From Rubripirellula sp. (lineage in GTDB: Bacteria > Planctomycetota > Planctomycetia > Pirellulales > Pirellulaceae), in NCBI GenBank assembly GCA_965216875.1, contig OZ244207.1, forward strand, positions 4,000,001 through 4,064,000: 64,000 bases of DNA, read 5' to 3'. Positions within the stretch are counted from its first letter, which is position 1. Each line of letters starts with the position of its first letter. The translations under genes and the position numbers were made by a program. Positions 21,263-30,487 of the stretch are shown piece after piece. The notes under the pieces are model-generated. The model did not search any database and was not told the DNA's origin. It worked only from the letters and a program-made list of their open reading frames with translations.

Positions 21263-24091
21263 ATGACAGTGACGATCGCATCCCGACCGAATCGATGGAC
21301 TAGCCGGTTACGAAGAACGCCGCTAGCGGTTTTCACATTCAGTTGTTTGGCCATCCTCGCCCAAGCTTCTGTGATCTACCCCACTGCGGCTGCCGACGAC
21401 ACCGACAAGGCTGCGGAATCAAACGACGCAAAGGACACCGGGCTGATGAAAGTCACCGAAGTAGAAGGGATCTCCGAGTACCAACTCGAAAATGGTGTTC
21501 GCGTCTTGCTGTTCCCCGACAACAGCAAAGAGGTGGTGACCGTCAACATGACCGTCTTTGTTGGTTCGCGCCATGAAGGTTACGGTGAAGCTGGAATGGC
21601 ACACCTTCTCGAGCACATGCTCTTCAAAGGCACTCCCGAGCACCCCAACGTTCCCAAAGCTCTCCAAGATCGCGGCGCCCAATTCAACGGCACAACTTGG
21701 ATGGACCGCACAAACTACTACGAAACGCTCACCGCGAGCGACGAGAACCTCGAATTCGCCATCCGCTTGGAAGCCGACCGCTTGGTCAACAGCAACGTCA
21801 AGGGCGAAGACCTTGAGAGCGAAATGACGGTCGTTCGAAACGAATTCGAACGCGGCGAAAACTCCCCCATTCGTGTTTTGATGCAGCGCATGCAAGCAGC
21901 CGCCTACGAATGGCACAACTACGGCCAATCCACGATCGGCAACCGCAGTGATATCGAACGTGTGCCAATCGTCAACTTGCGACGCTTCTACAAAAAGTTC
22001 TATCGCCCCGACAACGTGATGGTGATCGTTGCTGGCAAGTTTGATCCCGAAAGCGCGCTCAGCCATATCCAAAACTACTTTGGTTCACTGAAAACGCCCG
22101 ACACACCCATCGACGACACCTACACCGTCGAACCGCCACAAGATGGCGAACGCACCGTCGTCTTGCGTCGCGTTGGCGAAATGCAAATCGCGGGTGCCGC
22201 CTACCACATCCCGGCCAGCAGCCACGAGGATTTCCCAGCCGCCAAAGCACTCGTCTATATCCTCGCCGATGAACCGAGTGGTCGACTCTATCGCGACATG
22301 GTCGAAACCGAGATCGCGACCAACGTGTACGCACTTGCTTACGCATTCGCAGAACCGGGACTCTTTATGACCCTCGCCGAGGTGTCAGGAGACAAACCGA
22401 TCGAGAGCGCGCGAGCCAAAATGCTTGAAGTGATGGAGACCTCGTTTGCCGAAGAACCGGTCACCGAAGAAGAAGTCGAACGCGCTAAACAGCAAATCTT
22501 GAAGCAACGCGAACTCGAAGCAGCCGAGTCAGAGCAGTTGGCAATTCGCCTCAGCGACTGGGCAGCCCAAGGCGACTGGCGACTTTACTTTCACTATCGC
22601 GATCTGATCGAAAAGCTGACCGCCGAACAGGTTCAAGCGGTCGCTCAAAAGTACTTTATGCGAAACAACCGCACCGTCGGCCTCTTCATCCCCACCGACG
22701 AGACGGAAAAGGTCCAAATCCCCGAATCGCCCAACTTGGCCGAATTGCTCGATGGCTACAAGGGACGCGAGGTCATCGCTCAAGGTGAAGATTTTGATCC
22801 GTCACCTTTGGCGATCGAAGGACGCACCGAACGCGGCAAATTGCTCGACGGCATCGAGTACGCGCTGTTGCCCAAAAAGACACGTGGCAACACGGTCTCA
22901 TTCGCCCTCACCCTTCGCTTCGGCACGGCCGATTCACTCAAGGACAAACTGGGCGCAGTCGAGTTGCTCGGCATCATGATGGCCCGCGGCACCGACAAAC
23001 TCGACTACCAGGAAATTCAGGACGAGCTCGCACGTCTTCGAGCTCAGCTCTCACTCAATTCAACCGTTGGCCTGCTTCAGGTCTCGGTCAAGACCAAGCG
23101 TGAATTCCTTCCCGAAGTGATCACACTGCTTGGTGATGTCCTGCGCCGCCCGCGACTCGAAGAAAAAGAACTCGAGGTGTTGCGACGCCAAATCGTCACC
23201 CAATTGCAACAGAATTCGACCGAACCCCAGGCGCTTGCCGTTCGGCATATTCGCAAGGCCCTTTCGCCCTACGAAAAAGACGACATTCGATACGTCCAAT
23301 CACTGGACGAAGAAATCGAGATGTACGAAAAGGTGACGATCGACGAAATCAAGAACCTGCACGCCAAGTTCCTGAGCAATCAGGATGGCGAAATCGGCAT
23401 GGTTGGCGATTTTGATGCCGAAGAGGTCAAAGCACTCCTGAAGACTCAACTCGAAAGCTGGGACACATCCGAACCCTACGTTCGAGTCGATCGCGATCCA
23501 CATCCGGAAATCCCCGGTTCGATCGAATTGATCCAAACGCCAGGCAAGGCCAACGCGTTCTTCTTCAGCCAACAACAATACTCGATGCCGGACGACGATC
23601 CGTCGTACGCTTCGCTCGTGCTCGGCAACTTCATTCTTGGCGGTGGCTCACTGAGCAGTCGTCTCGGCGACCGAGTCCGCCAACAAGAAGGACTGTCCTA
23701 CGGGGTCCGCAGCAGCCTCGGCGCTCGCCCCAAAGATAAACGCGTCGACTTCACGCTTTACGCGATCACCAACCCCGACAACAAAGATCGACTTCACGAA
23801 GTCATCAAAGAAGAGGTCAAACGACTGGTCGATGAAGGTGTGACCGAAGACGAACTGAAGCGAGCGAAGGAATCGTACCTTCAAGCCGCGCGGGTTCGCC
23901 GCACCAAAGACGCTGGCTTGGCCAACGAGTTGCTTGGCACGATCTTCAACGAGCGAACGATGCAATTCCATCACGACCACGAAGAACGGATTTCGAAAGC
24001 AACAGTCGAAAGCGTCAATCAAGCCATTCGAAGCTACATCGACATGGACAAACTCGTCATCGCCATCGCCGGCGATTTCAAGGAAGAGTGA
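21263..24091 (+). CDS. M16 family zinc metallopeptidase (pitrilysin/PqqL-like), secreted
   Basis: HLLEHMLFKG (HxxEH), NGTT..DRTNYYE, RQQEGLSYG. Start placed at the ATG after AGGAG. Confidence 0.9.
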   Translation: MTVTIASRPNRWTSRLRRTPLAVFTFSCLAILAQASVIYPTAAADDTDKAAESNDAKDTGLMKVTEVEGISEYQLENGVRVLLFPDNSKEVVTVNMTVFVGSRHEGYGEAGMAHLLEHMLFKGTPEHPNVPKALQDRGAQFNGTTWMDRTNYYETLTASDENLEFAIRLEADRLVNSNVKGEDLESEMTVVRNEFERGENSPIRVLMQRMQAAAYEWHNYGQSTIGNRSDIERVPIVNLRRFYKKFYRPDNVMVIVAGKFDPESALSHIQNYFGSLKTPDTPIDDTYTVEPPQDGERTVVLRRVGEMQIAGAAYHIPASSHEDFPAAKALVYILADEPSGRLYRDMVETEIATNVYALAYAFAEPGLFMTLAEVSGDKPIESARAKMLEVMETSFAEEPVTEEEVERAKQQILKQRELEAAESEQLAIRLSDWAAQGDWRLYFHYRDLIEKLTAEQVQAVAQKYFMRNNRTVGLFIPTDETEKVQIPESPNLAELLDGYKGREVIAQGEDFDPSPLAIEGRTERGKLLDGIEYALLPKKTRGNTVSFALTLRFGTADSLKDKLGAVELLGIMMARGTDKLDYQEIQDELARLRAQLSLNSTVGLLQVSVKTKREFLPEVITLLGDVLRRPRLEEKELEVLRRQIVTQLQQNSTEPQALAVRHIRKALSPYEKDDIRYVQSLDEEIEMYEKVTIDEIKNLHAKFLSNQDGEIGMVGDFDAEEVKALLKTQLESWDTSEPYVRVDRDPHPEIPGSIELIQTPGKANAFFFSQQQYSMPDDDPSYASLVLGNFILGGGSLSSRLGDRVRQQEGLSYGVRSSLGARPKDKRVDFTLYAITNPDNKDRLHEVIKEEVKRLVDEGVTEDELKRAKESYLQAARVRRTKDAGLANELLGTIFNERTMQFHHDHEERISKATVESVNQAIRSYIDMDKLVIAIAGDFKEE

Positions 24092-24109
24092 GGCCAGTGC
24101 GTGAGCATC

Positions 24110-24361
24110 ATCAGCCGAAACGCGATAGCGTGCGGTTTTAACATCCGCTAAGAACCGCGAGCTATCGCTCAGCGGCTGATGAAACGCGACGTGAGCCGAA
24201 CGCGCTAGCGTCGGGCCTTGCGTTCCATTACACGCCTGCTAGCGCCCGTCATGCGGAGCATGACCTACGAGGAGGACGCGGAGCGTCCGAAAAGTGCGTT
24301 ACCACGCAGAGCGGGGTAACGAGGTGGGGGAGAGTGAGCCGAACGCGCTAGCGTCGGGCCT
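24110..24361. repeat. Composite REP mosaic (at least 4 palindrome families)
   Basis: GTGAGCCGAACGCGCTAGCGTCGGGCCT twice (24191, 24334), an ATCAGCCG...CGGCTGAT inverted pair, GTCATGCGGAGCATGACCTAC, and GGACGCGGAGCGTCC..AACGAGG; all recur elsewhere in the window. Confidence 0.8.
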
Positions 24362-24451
24362 CTCTTCTTTATGCGATACGCACAGCCCGAGGCCTCACGG
24401 ACAACAGCCCGTCCCTCTACACGTATCCCTGGCACGACAACCAGTTGCCAA

Positions 24452-24883
24452 CTAGATCGACCGGCCTACAACGTGCAGGTCAATCGTTGGGTTCTTGGGA
24501 TCACTTGTCAGTAGCTGATAGGTCCAACGGTACTCTTGCGTCTGGGTCGTGCCTTGTTGAGATGACCGCAAGGTTGGCCTTGCCCATTTCACGGTGATCG
24601 ATTGCGTTTCGCCAGGCGGGATGGTGCGGTCACACGGACCGACGACGGGAGGCGTTCACATCGCCGCACCAATCATCACATGGATTGGATCGCTACCGGA
24701 GTTCCGCAGCTTGAAGGTCGACGTTCCGCTCGCACCCGGTGCCAAGGCCCCCACATCGATCTTGGTTTGAACTGCCGTGATCGAAGGCCGTTCAAGCGAA
24801 GCGTAAACCGCCATCCCAATCGCCGCCGCGGTCACCAACGCCACCAAGGTCGAAAGCCGGTACTGCCGAAATCGCATCATCAT
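24452..24883 (-). CDS. DUF1573-like Ig-fold protein with in-frame TGA at codon 76 (candidate selenoprotein, or pseudogene)
   Basis: Read through TGA (24656-24658) it gives F.LRNSGSDPI.V..AAM-*-TPP...TIPPGETQSITVKW...TSDPKNPTIDLHVVG, a complete DUF1573-type domain. SECIS-like hairpin immediately downstream. Confidence 0.65.
24624..24643 (-). promoter_or_regulatory. Candidate bacterial SECIS hairpin
   Basis: GT-CGGTC [CGTGT] GACCG-(C)-AC; loop starts 19 nt after UGA with GU at loop positions 2-3. Confidence 0.45.
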
Positions 24884-25141
24884 CTCATCCCGTCCAAAAT
24901 AGGTTTCAGGTCTCTTTTTACCTTGGAGGTTCGAGCAAACTGTTGCTGAAATGTCAAAAACAAGCAAAAGAAACCTCAAAGCGCATCCAGCATCGGTTGG
25001 CATCCCCGAGCAATCTCGTGTGCTACGATGCTTGGCATGCTGCCAGGTCGACACCAAAGTCACATCCCGCATCCCGATGATCGATTCCCCTCACGCCTAT
25101 CGCGACAGGTCCTACAGCAAGCGCCTTCCAACGACTCACCG

Positions 25142-26212
25142 ATGACCAGCCCCATGGCAAACAGCTCCCTCCGCATCTTGTTACTCTTGTTGACGTTGTC
25201 CGCTCTAACAACGAGTCGCCGCACCGTCGCAGACGACGGGTTCTTTTTGGCGATCGGTGGTGTCAACGGGCAAGCCGACGACGGAAACAAACTCGAGGGG
25301 CAATACGGAACGATCTACACCTCACGCGACGGCCAAGCGTGGACGAAGGTTTTCGAGGGCGGCCCAGTCAAAGACGGTTTCAATCACGCCAACAACAACC
25401 TGCTGCGATGTGCGACCTATGGCAGTGGCCGGTTCGTCATCACCGGCAATCCCAAATGCGCCGTCGTCTCGACCGATGGCAAGCAATGGCGTGTCGTCGA
25501 AGCTCCCTCCGGCGCTTTCAGTGTTGAATTCGGCAACGACCTGTTCGTCGCTCCCAACGCCTACGGGTTCATGACATCCAAGGACGGTCTCGCATGGAAG
25601 ATGAATCGGCCCAAAGTCGATTTCAAGATTTGGGGAAACGATGGTGCTGGCCATGTTCGCAAAATCGTCTTCGGCAACGGCGTCTTTGTTTGCGTGGGCG
25701 AGCAGCGAGTCGGCGTCACGAGAGATGGCAAGACATGGTTGCACCATCGCGTGCTACCGCCGAGTGAGCGGCCTGGGCGCAACGTGCTACTGTTCGGTAA
25801 CGGCCGGTTCGTGTGGCTGTGCGAAAAGACAGGGCCTCTTCAAAGTGTGGACGGTATCGAATGGAAGCCCATCACGACCTTCACGGACCTAACCGAGCAC
25901 TCCAAATTCGGCTACAGCGGTGTTTTTGACGGCACGCAATTCTTGACGTCACCATCGACCTACAACGACAAGAACAAGATCATTTACCGCTCGACCGACG
26001 GCGTAGCTTGGACCAAAGCAATCGAAAACGCCGGAGCAACCTCGTTCAGCGCTGCGGGCAACGGCCTGCTGCTGCAAAACCAAGGCTGGTCGAATTCGTT
26101 TGTCGTCTCCAGCGATGGCGGCAAGACGTGGAAGAAAACCAACGCTGACGTGCCCAGCCGAAAAGTCTATTTCTTCGACGGCAAACGAATGATCGGCCAA
26201 AGCGGTGGCTAA
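25142..26212 (+). CDS. Secreted BNR/Asp-box repeat beta-propeller protein
   Basis: Signal peptide; repeated S.DG..W motifs and FGNG.FV. Confidence 0.75.
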   Translation: MTSPMANSSLRILLLLLTLSALTTSRRTVADDGFFLAIGGVNGQADDGNKLEGQYGTIYTSRDGQAWTKVFEGGPVKDGFNHANNNLLRCATYGSGRFVITGNPKCAVVSTDGKQWRVVEAPSGAFSVEFGNDLFVAPNAYGFMTSKDGLAWKMNRPKVDFKIWGNDGAGHVRKIVFGNGVFVCVGEQRVGVTRDGKTWLHHRVLPPSERPGRNVLLFGNGRFVWLCEKTGPLQSVDGIEWKPITTFTDLTEHSKFGYSGVFDGTQFLTSPSTYNDKNKIIYRSTDGVAWTKAIENAGATSFSAAGNGLLLQNQGWSNSFVVSSDGGKTWKKTNADVPSRKVYFFDGKRMIGQSGG

Positions 26213-26370
26213 GGCGTGCCGAAAACGGTTGGATTGCACGGTTCGTATCGATGAAGATTGGAAAAAGCATCGTCGGGAACGCCCGATTCGAGCCCTGTGG
26301 CAGAACCCTCAAGTAACATAAAGCGTACTATTAGCTTAGTTCCGTTCTCACTAATAACCTTTGCGGCGCC

Positions 26371-27090
26371 GTGCACGATCACTCTCACGAACTCACGCTT
26401 GGATTGGCCTTTTTCCTTGGGGCAATCCATGCTCTCGAGCCCGGGCACGGAAAAACCGCGATGCTCGTTTACCTCTCCGGTGAACGACGCGGTTTTTGGC
26501 ATCCCTTCGTCATGGGACTCTCTAGCGCGGTCGCCCATTCGGTATCGCTGCTCGCGATCGCCGCCATCGTCCACCTGACACAGCACGCGATAACGGGCGA
26601 TCACCACCACGAAGACGAAAGCGTCGTGGTGGTGATGCAGTGGATCAGCGGTCTGCTGGTACTCGGCGTTGGCCTTTGGATGCTCGTGACCGCCTCACGT
26701 GCCAAGCCGGCGTCGTGTGGTTGCGGACACCACCACGACAAGGACCATGACCATACACACGAAACCACCGAAAAACAGTCGAAGAAACGAAGCTATTCGA
26801 TGAGCGCGCTGTTGGGCGTTGCCTTTGGGTTGCTCCCTTGCCCCTCCGCATTGGCCGCCTACTTCACCGGCATCGCAACAGGAACACCGGTCGCTGCTTA
26901 CGCAGTGATCGCTTTGTTCGCCGCCGGCATCGCCTGTTCACTGACGACCTGCGGCTTGCTTGTGCAAAAGTTTGGCCAGCGGCTTTTCAAACACGAAGGT
27001 CGGCTAAGCCGGTTGCCGTGGGGCCATCTTCGAGCCGCCGTGATCCTGCTCGTCGGCGTTGCCTATACCTACCGTGCCGCCATTTCCTAA
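26371..27090 (+). CDS. RcnA/NiCoT-like nickel/cobalt transporter (HoxN/HupN/NixA superfamily)
   Basis: LGAIHALEPGHGKT, His-rich loop CGCGHHHDKDHDHTH, GLLPCPSAL. Confidence 0.85.
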   Translation: MHDHSHELTLGLAFFLGAIHALEPGHGKTAMLVYLSGERRGFWHPFVMGLSSAVAHSVSLLAIAAIVHLTQHAITGDHHHEDESVVVVMQWISGLLVLGVGLWMLVTASRAKPASCGCGHHHDKDHDHTHETTEKQSKKRSYSMSALLGVAFGLLPCPSALAAYFTGIATGTPVAAYAVIALFAAGIACSLTTCGLLVQKFGQRLFKHEGRLSRLPWGHLRAAVILLVGVAYTYRAAIS

Positions 27091-27099
27091 AACGCACGC

Positions 27100-27930
27100 T
27101 TACGAAGCTTCTTCGGTACGCATCTCGATTTGGGCATAGGCGTTGTGCTGATGAATCGACTCAAAATTCTCTGAAGCACATCGAAACCAAGCGATTCGTT
27201 GATCGGACTTGAGCGCCAGGGCTAAGTCACGCACAGTGTCTTCGACGAATTTCGGATTGAGGTAAGCCTGTTCCGTAACATGCTTTTCATCCGCTCGCTT
27301 GATCGTTGGATAGACCCCGGTCGACGCCGCGTTCTCCATCACCTGAAACAGTTCCTCGATCGACAACGATTCGCCACGCCGCATGCGAATGCTCGCCGAA
27401 AGTTTGCAGCGTTGGTTATGGGCGCCGTAGTCCGAAATCTCTTTGGAACAGGGACACAGTGACGCGGCCGGCCCAGCGACCGTTAACACCAGATCCTCAC
27501 TCGCGCCCACCGTCGCGGTAAGTTCAACGTCAAGACGCAATTTCCCTGGCTCGCTCGAAATGGGAGCACTTCGGTCGACGAAGTAAGGAAAACGCACTGT
27601 GATCGACGCTGTCTCGGCGCCGAGCCGCTGCCGCAATGCGGAACACAATTCCTTCAAGCCGTCGTAGTCGAGCGGCCGGTCCCAATCTCGAAGCACCTGC
27701 ACGAACCGAGACATATGCGTTCCCTTTACCGTCGCCGGCAGCGAAACGAACATGTCAAACGACCCTACCGTCCCCTGGAGCGATTCGGTGCCTTGAAGTT
27801 CGGTGGAGGAACTTGATGATGATCGGAAGGTGACGGGATAGGGCACGCTGGTGACGCCCACTCGGTCGATACTCAGATTGCGCGCGTCCTGGTACGCCTG
27901 GACGTCGGGAAGGGTTTGTACGTGATTCAA
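27100..27930 (-). CDS. folE2: GTP cyclohydrolase IB (Zn-independent FolE2)
   Basis: LPDVQ, IDRVGV, KGTHMSRF, SLCPCSKEIS.YGAHNQR, KRADEK.VTE.AY.NPKFVED.VR, NFESIH.HNAYA. Confidence 0.93.
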   Translation of the reverse strand: MNHVQTLPDVQAYQDARNLSIDRVGVTSVPYPVTFRSSSSSSTELQGTESLQGTVGSFDMFVSLPATVKGTHMSRFVQVLRDWDRPLDYDGLKELCSALRQRLGAETASITVRFPYFVDRSAPISSEPGKLRLDVELTATVGASEDLVLTVAGPAASLCPCSKEISDYGAHNQRCKLSASIRMRRGESLSIEELFQVMENAASTGVYPTIKRADEKHVTEQAYLNPKFVEDTVRDLALALKSDQRIAWFRCASENFESIHQHNAYAQIEMRTEEAS

Positions 27931-28016
27931 GAGGATTCCTAGAAATGCAAAAAACTCATCGGTACCAGAAGCCTGGCCCGATGAGTCTTCATCAATGTTG
28001 ATTCGTTGCTGCAGTA

Positions 28017-28523
28017 TCAGTGATGAATGGATGATGCGAATTGAAACGTGTAGCTTGCCTCATCAAGTTCGCCGAGCATTCTAATCTCCAATGCATCGGA
28101 GACTCTGATTTCGGCATTCCCCCAGAGCAGTTCACGAAGCTCAGCCTCGCCGCTTCGTCGCAAGCTGGGCCGCGCCGTTGATAGGCGTCGGGCGAGGTCA
28201 AATGGCCGAGCGCCTCGGTTGGCAAGCCGCTCCATAAAAAGCCGCGATGCAGGCGTTACCCGGTCGCTTCGGTAAAGAACGTAGTCGGCATCACGCGATG
28301 CCAGGGCACGCTGGTTAACAGCTGAAAACGGCTCGTTTTCGCGAAGGACGATCACGCGCACGCTCACGGTCGGGAAATGCGTCCGCAGTAACGTCGCCGA
28401 TGGCTGGTCTAACGCGACGACCTTTGCAGGATGCGCATCGACAGGTTCCTCGGCATGGGCCAACGAAGGACTGATGAGTGCAATTCCTGCGCAAATCAGC
28501 ATCTTGTTGAATAGGGAACGCAT
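28017..28523 (-). CDS. Secreted hypothetical protein
   Basis: Signal peptide (AHA-EE); co-oriented within the metal cluster; candidate operator upstream. Confidence 0.55.
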   Translation of the reverse strand: MRSLFNKMLICAGIALISPSLAHAEEPVDAHPAKVVALDQPSATLLRTHFPTVSVRVIVLRENEPFSAVNQRALASRDADYVLYRSDRVTPASRLFMERLANRGARPFDLARRLSTARPSLRRSGEAELRELLWGNAEIRVSDALEIRMLGELDEASYTFQFASSIHH

Positions 28524-28567
28524 GAACTTGCTCTTCGAAAAAGGGTCCGTGACACGAATCTACCAAA

Positions 28568-28582
28568 TGCAATACGTGTGCA
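28568..28582. promoter_or_regulatory. Candidate Fur/Zur-family operator TGCAA-N5-(T/G)TGCA
   Basis: TGCAATACGTGTGCA; similar sites at 33704 and 33755. Confidence 0.45.
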
Positions 28583-28632
28583 TGTAGAGTCAGTTCGCAA
28601 ATTGGCGATTTTTTCGGCAAGTATTTCGCAAA

Positions 28633-29124
28633 TCAGAGTTGCGTGGGGTTGGGTGCGTCGCCGTAGACCTGTTCGGGGTCAAACACTTTCTGATCTTCGG
28701 TGAACTGAAGGGCATCCCCTTGGTTTCGCTGTGTTCCAACAGGAACGCTTCGATAGAAGCAAGAGCGATAACCGACATGGCAGCTCGCACCACCAGCGAC
28801 TTCCACACGTAGCCAAACACAGTCCTGGTCGTCGTCGATTCGCATTTCGCGTACCGATTGAACGAGCCCACTGGTTGCCCCTTTGTGCCAAAGCTGTTGA
28901 CGACTCCGACTCCAGTAGTGAGCCTCGCCAGTTTCAATGGTTTTCCGCAACGCCTCGCGATTCATGTAGGCGTGCATCAACACTTCGCCCGAGGAAATGT
29001 CTGTGGTGACGCAAGCGATCAGGCCTTGGTTGTCGAATTTGGGCGCAAGGACTTCTCCCTCTTCGACTTGTTCGACGCTTGTGCGCTGTGCGAAGGTGTC
29101 GCTATCTGGTTCTGCGGTGTTCAT
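28633..29124 (-). CDS. hisI: Phosphoribosyl-AMP cyclohydrolase (stand-alone paralog, DDD variant)
   Basis: [39 protein letters not shown]. Confidence 0.9.
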   Translation of the reverse strand: MNTAEPDSDTFAQRTSVEQVEEGEVLAPKFDNQGLIACVTTDISSGEVLMHAYMNREALRKTIETGEAHYWSRSRQQLWHKGATSGLVQSVREMRIDDDQDCVWLRVEVAGGASCHVGYRSCFYRSVPVGTQRNQGDALQFTEDQKVFDPEQVYGDAPNPTQL

Positions 29125-29756
29125 GTGGAAGTTTGCTGTGTTTCATTCTGAGTTGTCTGGTCGGTAAGTGGATTCCAAATGCCGTCGCCGATGGAAAGCG
29201 AAAGTTTTCGCCAAAGAGCGACCATATCGGTCGCCGCCACACTCCAGCGGTCTCCGTCCCGCCATGACTTCAGTGTTCGACGCCTATAAGTTGTCCCTAG
29301 CTGTGCCGTCGTTTCGAATTCGTAGTCGATGAACCAATCGATCAATTCGAGCAGCAAGAGTCTGGCTCGCGGCGATTCTTCCACCGAAGGTTCCCGCAGC
29401 ATGGGCAGCTCTTCTCGCGTCCACGGCACGCAGGTGAAGGTCGCTGCTGGTGCGACCCGGGGACGAAAGGTGAAACGCTCAATAAAGAGCGCACCGAACG
29501 TCTGGTTGCCGATAAAAACACCATAGCCGCGAAGGACAATGCGTTTGCCACCTTCGAGATCAAGCGAGTAGGCACTAGAGCAGTCTTCTCGCTCTGTTGG
29601 AGGTGGTATGCGACGAAAGCCTCGTTCGACCAACCAGTTGCCTGCTTTGCGTTTGATGTCCCGACCGAAGCACCAGATCTGTTGGCTCAACAACCCGGTC
29701 GCTTGTTCGCGAAACTCATGATCGTCAAATGTGGGGACTGTCACCGGGGCGTTCAT
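29121..29756 (-). CDS. Hypothetical protein
   Basis: ATGA overlaps with both neighbours; [10 protein letters not shown]...GN.L motif. Confidence 0.6.
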   Translation of the reverse strand: MNAPVTVPTFDDHEFREQATGLLSQQIWCFGRDIKRKAGNWLVERGFRRIPPPTEREDCSSAYSLDLEGGKRIVLRGYGVFIGNQTFGALFIERFTFRPRVAPAATFTCVPWTREELPMLREPSVEESPRARLLLLELIDWFIDYEFETTAQLGTTYRRRTLKSWRDGDRWSVAATDMVALWRKLSLSIGDGIWNPLTDQTTQNETQQTST

Positions 29757-30454
29757 TCCTCTTCGCTCCCAGCCGGCTCCGGCGCTTCGCAGCAACCGCA
29801 CAGGCATCCGAAGCGGCGATTCAACAAATGAGCGACGACAAGGACGATTCCCCCAACGGGCGTGAGCCAAGGCGCAATTGCAGACAGAAAACCAGACGAG
29901 GGCAGGGGAGCGATGCTTGCTTGAGTCACTGAACTCGACGTCTCCGCCGTCGACGCAAGACTCTCACCTGCTGCTGGGGCTTCAGTCGCTGCAAGGGCCT
30001 CCGCTGCAATGGCTTCCTCTGCGGCGCAGTGCTCACAGCACGCATCCTCACACGCAACAACCTGCTCGCTTCCTTCAGGTACGAATTGGCAAGACGGGCA
30101 GCACTCACCTGCCAACCCGAATGCGGCCGTGCAAATGAACGTCAACCCAACAACGCCGACTGCCGCCGGCAACAATCGACGGTGCTTTCGCCATCCGGGA
30201 ACAAACGCGGCGAGTGCGATGACAAAACAGACAACCGCCATCCATTGATGGAACGATTCATCAGCCAAGAAACTCAAACCCAACGCCGGCAAGGAGGCGA
30301 TGACGAAGGGCATGGCAGCGCAATGGATCGCACAGCCAATCGAAGCGACCATGCCAATCCAATCGCTCCAGGAGGAGACGTTGCCTGGCTTTTCGCTCGA
30401 CTCACCTTCGTTCAAATTCACCAACTCAATCATCCATCTCTTCCTTTTGTCCAC
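29753..30454 (-). CDS. MerC-domain membrane protein with Cys-rich insertion
   Basis: D.IG..AS..CAIHC...P, E.FH, GWRKH, GG..LV.AH..N; extra ECCPSC, CEDACCEHC and CLCGCC. Confidence 0.8.
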   Translation of the reverse strand: MDKRKRWMIELVNLNEGESSEKPGNVSSWSDWIGMVASIGCAIHCAAMPFVIASLPALGLSFLADESFHQWMAVVCFVIALAAFVPGWRKHRRLLPAAVGVVGLTFICTAAFGLAGECCPSCQFVPEGSEQVVACEDACCEHCAAEEAIAAEALAATEAPAAGESLASTAETSSSVTQASIAPLPSSGFLSAIAPWLTPVGGIVLVVAHLLNRRFGCLCGCCEAPEPAGSEEE

Positions 30455-30487
30455 TTGGCCGATAGAGAATCAGTCATTGCGGGAGTG

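Noticed and set aside
27940..28019. Possible TGA readthrough of the 28017 gene
   Set aside because: Downstream frame is short and not protein-like; no Cys context or convincing hairpin.
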